Below, piece after piece: positions 58,683 to 64,000 of a stretch of 64,000 nucleotides of DNA (positions within the stretch are counted from its first letter, which is position 1; each line of letters begins with the position of its first letter). The position numbers were made by a program, and so were the translations under genes. The DNA comes from an uncultured Bacillota bacterium (GTDB taxonomy: Bacteria > Sysuimicrobiota > Sysuimicrobiia > Sysuimicrobiales > Segetimicrobiaceae). The DNA is taken from positions 160,001 to 224,000 of the forward strand of contig CAWDRG010000019.1 in assembly GCA_963804645.1 (NCBI GenBank). The letters run 5' to 3'. The notes beneath the pieces are model-generated. The model did no database searches, was not told the DNA's origin, and saw nothing but the letters and a program-made list of their open reading frames with translations.

Positions 58683-58953
58683 AATAACTGGCAGCAATTT
58701 GGCAGCAGCGTCGCACGTAATAGGCACTATCCCATCGGCGCTGGTCGACATCTAGCATAATCGGTTGCCAGCGCGACCATGCCCAGGGCTGGGGTTTCGG
58801 ACAGGCCCGAACCGCCTTTCATGGGGCCGTTGGTCGGCTAACCCACCATTTCCACCTGTCCGCCGACACACCACGGAAGTAACTCCGGGGTGCGAGCGGA
58901 CCCTCGAACTCGCCAGATCTGCACGCCGGTAGTGTGTGCGCATTTGAACATCC

Positions 58954-60323
58954 GAGCTAAAGTCGAGAGGTGTGGAAATTCAAGTGGCGTACCCTTTCCG
59001 AGATCCACCCACATCGGAACCTCCCTTGCCGGGGAGGGGAAAGGAGTACGCCAGTGTCAGCATATCAGCCACAACGGGGGTTGGACAAGGAGGAAGTCCG
59101 CTCGACTTTGGACGTGCTCGCGCGTGAAGGCGCGCAGCGCATGCTGATTGGCGCCTTGGAGCAAGAAGTCGAGGAGTTCCTCGGCCGGGCTCGCTATGAG
59201 CGTGGCGGGGCTCGACGGCGTGGGTACCGGAACGGCGCGGGGAAGCCGCGCAAGATCGCGGTCGGCTGCGGGACGCTCGAGGTCCGCCCACCGCGGGTAC
59301 GGGACACTGAGGAGGGGTTTCAGTCCCAGCTGCTGCCGCGGTATCAGCGGTCGAGCAATGCGGTCCGGGCGTTGCTGCCGGAGCTCTACCTGCAAGGCTT
59401 GGCCACTGGCGACTTTGAGCCGGCCCTCCGCACCTTGCTCGGGGAGGCCGCGCCCCTGAGTCAGACGTCGATCGTCCGCTTGAAGGCGAGCTGGCAGGCC
59501 GAATACGACACCTGGGCCCACCGCCGGCTGGCCGCCCGCTACGTCTATTGTTGGGCCGACGGCCTCTACTTAAAGGCGGGGCCCGCCGATGAGAAGACGG
59601 CCGTGCTGATCATCATCGGGGTGACGGAAGACGGCCACAAAGAGCTTCTCACGATGATCGAAGGCTACCGTGAATCCCGTGAGAGCTGGCGGGATGTATT
59701 GCGGGACCTGCGCCGGCGTGGCCTCAAAGACGTCCGGGTGTTCACCGGGGACGGCGGTCTCGGGCTCTGGGCCGCGGTTGGCGAAGTCTATCCAGAGGCG
59801 CGGCAGCAGCTGTGCTGGTGCCACAAGATGCTCAACGTGTTGGACAAGCTGCCGCAGCGCCTCCAGCCGGAGGCGCGGACCTTGATGCGCGACGTTTACA
59901 CCGCGCCCACGCGCGAGGAGGCCGACGCCCGGATCAAGAAATTCGCGCTGCGGTTCGAGCGGGACTATCCGCGCGCGGTGGCATCCCTCACCGATCACCA
60001 GGCCGAGTTGCTTACGTACTACGATTTCCCGCGGGAGCACTGGAAGAGTCTCCGGACGTCCAACCCGATCGAATCGGTCTTTGATCCGGTGCGCCTGCGA
60101 ACGCGCGCGACACGCCGGATGCGCAGAGCACAAACTGGACTGCATCTGGTCTTCCAATTAATCCGTCGGGCAGAGCAGCGATGGCGTCGAATCGACGCAC
60201 CGCACTTGGTCGCCAAGGTGCTTGAGGGTGTTCAGTTCGTCGATGGTGTGGAAGTGCTTGCGTCAGCGAAGAAAAGGAAGGGCGCCGCTTGATGCAATTT
60301 CCACACCTCTTGACTATTAGCTC
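58954..60323 (+). mobile_element. IS256-family element 2
   Basis: IRs GAGCTAAAGTCGAGAGGTGTGGAAATT / GAGCTAATAGTCAAGAGGTGTGGAAATT (rc); 8-bp TSD GAACATCC at 58946-58953 and 60324-60331. Confidence 0.96.
59054..60292 (+). CDS. IS256-family transposase
   Basis: 'GYRNG', 'WADG', 'GDG', 'CWCH', 'RTSNPIES'; GTG start after AAGGAG. Confidence 0.95.
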   Translation: MSAYQPQRGLDKEEVRSTLDVLAREGAQRMLIGALEQEVEEFLGRARYERGGARRRGYRNGAGKPRKIAVGCGTLEVRPPRVRDTEEGFQSQLLPRYQRSSNAVRALLPELYLQGLATGDFEPALRTLLGEAAPLSQTSIVRLKASWQAEYDTWAHRRLAARYVYCWADGLYLKAGPADEKTAVLIIIGVTEDGHKELLTMIEGYRESRESWRDVLRDLRRRGLKDVRVFTGDGGLGLWAAVGEVYPEARQQLCWCHKMLNVLDKLPQRLQPEARTLMRDVYTAPTREEADARIKKFALRFERDYPRAVASLTDHQAELLTYYDFPREHWKSLRTSNPIESVFDPVRLRTRATRRMRRAQTGLHLVFQLIRRAEQRWRRIDAPHLVAKVLEGVQFVDGVEVLASAKKRKGAA

Positions 60324-60415
60324 GAACATCCTTTCTGGGTCGAGCCCGCTATTGTGTAGTTAGACGATCACGCACAGGCTTAGTGCAAGCGAGATGAATT
60401 GGCTTGAGCATTATG

Positions 60416-60664
60416 TAGTACTGGGTAGTACTGGGTAGTACTGGGTAGTACTGGGTAGTACTGGGTAGTACTGGGTAGTACTGGGTAGTACTGGGTAGTA
60501 CTGGGTAGTACTGGGTAGTACTGGGTAGTACTGGGAGTACTGGGTAGTACTGGGTAGTACTGGGTAGTACTGGGTAGTACTGGGTAGTACTGGGTAGTAC
60601 TGGGTAGTACTGGGTAGTACTGGGTAGTACTGGGTAGTACTGGGTAGTACTGGGTAGTACTGGG
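60416..60664. repeat. tandem array of TAGTACTGGG, 25 units
   Basis: 12 perfect units, one 9-bp unit (AGTACTGGG, 60536-60544), 12 perfect units; no spacers. Confidence 0.97.
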
Positions 60665-60674
60665 GGAGTGGATC

Positions 60675-61013
60675 ATGCACGCGACATCGAAGTTTCGGAT
60701 GGCAGTCAGCGTTGTAATAGGGATTTGCCTCGTACTATGGGGCATTCCCCTCGCGGGTCAAGCGCAGGAAGTTCGGTCAATCACGCGCACTCAGGGGATA
60801 CTTGCCTCCGTAAATCTTGCAGGCATGACGGCAACGCTCCACACGTCCGCCGGACAGCGCGTGTTCACACTGACGTCGGTGACCGTGGTGCGTGTTGGTG
60901 AGGAGTTGGAGTTCCTAGATTCACTGCCGCCGTTTGTCGGTGCTGCGGCGATTGTGCTGTCGACTGACGTTGACGGTACCCAGGTTGCAGGGCGTGTGGA
61001 TATTTTGGTCTGA
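60675..61013 (+). pseudogene. secreted protein (DUF5666-like beta domain), 5' part, truncated by IS3
   Basis: Signal peptide ending 'AGQA'; the TGA stop is the first 3 nt of the IS3 IR; the frame resumes at 63772. Confidence 0.7.
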
Positions 61014-61043
61014 AGTTGCCCCGGTTTCGTGGAGGGTACAACG

Positions 61044-61956
61044 CTAGGCTACCACGGGCTGGTTAGCGCACCTCCTTTCGTACTCCGCCGGAGAGAGGTA
61101 CTCGAGGGCAGAGTGGCGCCGATGTGGGTTGTACCAACCTTCGATGAAGTCGAACAGTGCCCGCCGCGCATCACCGCGGCTGATAAACGTGTGCCGGATG
61201 AGTAGCTCGGTCTCCAAGGTCGCGAAAAACGCTTCCGCAAGCGCATTGTCATACGCGTCGCCGGCGCTGCCCATGGAGGGGACGACGCCCGCATCCTGAC
61301 ATCGCCGTCCGAAGGCAAGGCTCGTGTACTGCGTTCCGTGGTCCGAGTGGTGCACCACGCCCGCCGCGGGGCGGCGATTCCACAGCGCCATGTTCAACGC
61401 ATCGAGCACGAGCGTGGTGTCCAGCGCGTGACTCATGGCCCATCCCACCACGCGCCGACTGAACGCATCCAGCACCACGGCAACATACAACCAGCCCAGC
61501 CCCGTCCGCACGTACGTGATATCGGCGACCCAGAGCTGGTTCGGCGCGGCCGCAGCGAACTTCCGGCGGACCAGGTCGGGCGCCAGTGTGGCCTCCCGAT
61601 CGCGGACGGTCGTCTGTGGTCGCCGACGCCGATGGGCCCCTACAAGTGTGGCCGCGCGCATCAGACGAGCGACCCGTTTGCGCCCGCAGCGTACCCCGCG
61701 CGCCCGCAGCTCGGCATGGACGCGCGGCGCGCCGTACGTGTGACGACTGAACGTGTAGATCGCCTGAATCTGGTCCTGGAGGACACCGTCCGCCTGAACC
61801 CGGGCCGATGGCGGGCGATGGTGCCAGGCGTAGAACCCGCTGGGGGAGACACCCAGGACTCGACACATAGTGGCGATAGGGGCCGTGGCCTTCTCTCGCT
61901 TTACGAATTCGAACGCTGCGACGGCGTCCGGGTCTCCTGCGCGAAGAAGGCGGCCG
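61044..61956 (-). pseudogene. IS3 transposase OrfB (DDE), separated from OrfA
   Basis: 'YGAPRV', 'WVADITY', 'LDAFSRRVVGW', 'HSDHG.QY', 'DNALAEAFF..LE.E', 'YN..RRHS'. Confidence 0.93.
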
Positions 61957-61982
61957 CTACCCTGTAATTGGTCGTCGCGTGT

Positions 61983-63203
61983 CTACGCTGGGGACTCCTC
62001 CAGTGACACCTTGTACCCGAGCGCTTCCAACCGTTTGACCGCTCGGCGAGCGATGGTGGCCCGAGGGCGCCGGTCGAAGTGGGTAGGGCCGAGGTCCTGG
62101 TAGATCGTGCCCGTTTTGAGCATGTGGTACATGCTGACCAGGATCGCATGCGCAACGGCCAGTGCCGCCCGCTTCTTCCCACGGCGTCCGGCCAGCCGAT
62201 GAAAGAGCGCGCCCAGATACGTGTTCTTCGTCCGGGCCGCCGCATGCGCGGCTTCGACGAGCGCGGTCCGGACATACGGGTTCCCATGCCGGGTCTGACC
62301 ACTCCGGCGCTTCCCGGCGCTTTCGTCGCTCCCGGGACAGACGCCGGCCCAGGACGCCAGGTGCGCTGCGTCGGGGAACCGGGTCATGTCCGTGCCGATC
62401 TCGGCCAGCACGTCTTCCGCAATCCGCCGGCCGATGCCGGGAATCATATCCACGACCTGCAGCGCCGGTTCGTCCGCCTGCATCCGCTCCGCAATCGCGA
62501 GCACGAGGCGCTCGATCATGGCCTCCAATGCCTCGAGGTGTTCCAGTTGCAGCGCGAGCAGCATCTGCTGGTGCGGGCCGACCACACCTTGGAGCGCCCC
62601 TTGGAGGGCCGCGCGCTTGCTCCGCAGCCGTCCGCGCGCCAATTCCGCGATCACCGCTGGATCCGTCTCCCCGTGAATCAGCGCCTGCAACATGGCCCGC
62701 CCTGACTTGTTGACAACGCTGCTGGTAACATCGCCCAGCTTGATGTTCGCACCCTCCAGTACCTTCTGGATGCGATTGACCTCGCGCGCGCGCTCCTCGA
62801 TCACCGCCCGACGATAGCGCACCAGTTCACGCAGTTCGCGCTGGGGCCGGGCGGGAATGAAGCTGCCGCGCAGTAGTCCATGCCGAAGCAGATCGGTGAT
62901 CCACTCGGCGTCCTTGACGTCTGTCTTCCGCCCCGGGACCGCCTTGATCGCCTGCGCATTGACCACCAGTAGCTGTAGGCCCGTGGCCTCGAGCAGGTTG
63001 TAGATGGGCTTCCAGTACACCCCGGTGCTCTCCATCGCCACGTGCGTACATCCCGTTGCCTGCACCCATTCGGCCAGCGCCACCAGCTCTGCCGTGATCG
63101 TGCCAAAGGTCCGGAGCTCCTTCCCGGTCGGTGTGATGGCACACGCCACCACGGACTTCTTGTGCACGTCCAACCCACAGCAGTGCGAGTACAAGACCTC
63201 CAT
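61983..63203 (-). CDS. IS110-family recombinase (DEDD plus Tnp domain)
   Basis: 'GLDVHK', 'MESTG.YW', 'KTDVKDA', 'IPGIG', 'ESAGK'; GGAGG SD before ATG 63203. Confidence 0.96.
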   Translation of the reverse strand: MEVLYSHCCGLDVHKKSVVACAITPTGKELRTFGTITAELVALAEWVQATGCTHVAMESTGVYWKPIYNLLEATGLQLLVVNAQAIKAVPGRKTDVKDAEWITDLLRHGLLRGSFIPARPQRELRELVRYRRAVIEERAREVNRIQKVLEGANIKLGDVTSSVVNKSGRAMLQALIHGETDPAVIAELARGRLRSKRAALQGALQGVVGPHQQMLLALQLEHLEALEAMIERLVLAIAERMQADEPALQVVDMIPGIGRRIAEDVLAEIGTDMTRFPDAAHLASWAGVCPGSDESAGKRRSGQTRHGNPYVRTALVEAAHAAARTKNTYLGALFHRLAGRRGKKRAALAVAHAILVSMYHMLKTGTIYQDLGPTHFDRRPRATIARRAVKRLEALGYKVSLEESPA

Positions 63204-63219
63204 CCGCCCCACCTCCCTG

Positions 63220-63420
63220 GGCGCCTCGGGGCGGTAACCGTGCGGGGAAGAGTCTACCCTGCGTGCTTCCCGAATGGGAGCAACATTTTGTGGTGCCAGA
63301 CGGTTACCGGGGTCAGACTTTTTTGCGGGCTCGCGGCACCAAGCGGCGTCGGCCTCAGCTCCACCGGGGCGCTCGGGTTCCCAGTTCCCCGACGGCCACT
63401 TTCATCCTTTCGCTGGTGCC
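63220..63420 (-). ncRNA. candidate IS110 bridge RNA in the upstream non-coding end (limits approximate)
   Basis: Contains GCCGCU (63347-63342) and AAAAAAG (63324-63318) matching both target flanks plus core, and CAGGGUAG (63261-63254) matching the element end plus core. Confidence 0.75.
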
Positions 63421-63442
63421 GCACACTACGCGGCATGCCGGA

Positions 63443-63701
63443 CTTTTTTCAGGATTTCTCGCTCTTCCCGTAAGACCCGATTCTCGCGGCGGAGGCGACG
63501 GAGCTCGTCGCGTTCCTCGGTGGTCAATCCGTCCGTGCGCCGTCCGGTATCGAGATCCGCTTGCCGGACCCAGTTCCGCAACGATTGATCAGCGATCCCG
63601 AGATCTTTGGCGATCTGCCCGATCGACTTCCCCGACTCTCGGACCAGCCGCACAGCTTCCTCCCGATACGCTCGCGGGTAGGCCGGGCGAGTCTTCCCCA
63701 T
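63443..63701 (-). pseudogene. IS3 transposase OrfA (HTH), interrupted at the AAAAAAG frameshift site
   Basis: 'Y..AYREEAVRLV', 'IAKDLGI...SLRNWV', 'ELRRLRREN..LREEREILKK'. Confidence 0.93.
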
Positions 63702-63771
63702 CGTGGACCTCCTTCGTGGGGCTTCCGGCCCCAACGATAGACTGTCCACGAAACCGGGTCAACTTCAGGTC

Positions 63772-63960
63772 TTCCCTGCGGCTGGGACTGTGGGAGTGAA
63801 CGCAGGCGGGAACACCGGCCATGAGGGCGTCTCGGGTAGCGCCGGCGGGTCAGGCGGTGTCGGGCCCTGTTCGGAGTGCGGGAGCGCGGCGGGAACAGGT
63901 CCCGGTGGAGCCGGTGGCGGCGGCAACGGCGGCAGCCATGAGAGTGGCGGGCAGCGATGA
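63772..63960 (+). pseudogene. orphaned Gly-rich 3' part of the gene starting at 60675
   Basis: In frame across the GGTC TSD: '...DILV|FPAAGTVGVNAGG...GPCSECG...GGQR*'. Confidence 0.7.
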
Positions 63961-64000
63961 GGGCGGGCGGTAACGAGCGGTGCGGGTCGCTCGGGGAACG

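Larger units (their letters stand above)
58791..60381 (-). ncRNA. candidate ~200-nt structured non-coding RNA, split by IS256 element 2 (5' piece ~60381-60332, 3' piece 58953-~58791)
   Basis: After removing the IS, the ends pair (GCCUG/CGGGC, GAUCGUCU/AGGCGGUU, CUAACUAC/GUGGGUUAG) using G-U pairs that work only on the minus strand; long internal hairpin 58858-58901; family not recognised. Confidence 0.55.
61959..63444 (-). mobile_element. IS110-family element nested in the IS3
   Basis: No IRs or TSD; 2-bp core CT (plus strand) at 61957-61958 and 63443-63444; excision restores IS3 'ILKK|AAAFFA'. Confidence 0.93.
61011..63767 (-). mobile_element. IS3-family element interrupted by IS110
   Basis: TG...CA ends, IRs TGAAGTTG(C/A)CCCGGTTTCGTGGA; 4-bp TSD GGTC at 61007-61010 and 63768-63771. 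Confidence 0.96.

Noticed and set aside
58791..60381. Naming the RNA candidate as 6S, SRP, tmRNA or tRNA
   Set aside because: No SRP GGAA-loop motif, no tmRNA/tRNA acceptor ends, and a branched rather than rod-like fold; left unnamed.
60416..60664. CRISPR array
   Set aside because: 10-bp units repeat head to tail with no unique spacers, and no cas genes are in the window.
60380..60745. ORFs encoding (PSTTQYYPVL)n on the minus strand
   Set aside because: They are a by-product of a stop-free 10-bp repeat; the frame shifts at the central 9-bp unit and they overlap the better-supported plus-strand gene.

Overview
GC-rich bacterial chromosome window in three parts. (1) 1-40 kb is mostly housekeeping, in a Terrabacteria/Bacillota-like gene order: secD-secF-lapA, recJ (fused to HIRAN and a degenerate SF2 helicase), rel, two PLP enzymes, dtd-hisS-aspS, a Fic/Doc toxin relic, gdh, rarA, mnmA, a ytxG/ytxH-rsbW-sigB module, cca, parA with an unusual partner, asnS, a GAF-GGDEF-TM-SPOR cyclase, a Mo-oxidoreductase and a Zn/Mn ABC importer with two binding proteins. 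(2) 40-57.3 kb is a divergent type IV pilus locus: PilX-like adhesin, PilGHI-like ABC/TPR module, two tandem major pilins, O-antigen-ligase-type glycosyltransferase, PilV/W, PilMNO, TlpA, PilB and PilC. It carries five +1 frameshifts. (3) 57.3-64 kb is an IS pile-up: two IS256 with intact IRs and TSDs, and an IS3 with an IS110 nested in it. Removing the ISs by hand restores a ~200-nt structured non-coding RNA candidate, a 25-unit TAGTACTGGG tandem array and a split secreted-protein gene. The most notable observations are: an IS110 whose non-coding end carries guide-like matches to the IS3 A6G frameshift site where it is inserted; the IS-interrupted ncRNA candidate; the array; and a 74-bp micro-inversion in the doc toxin. 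All calls are from reading motifs by eye; no database searches were run.
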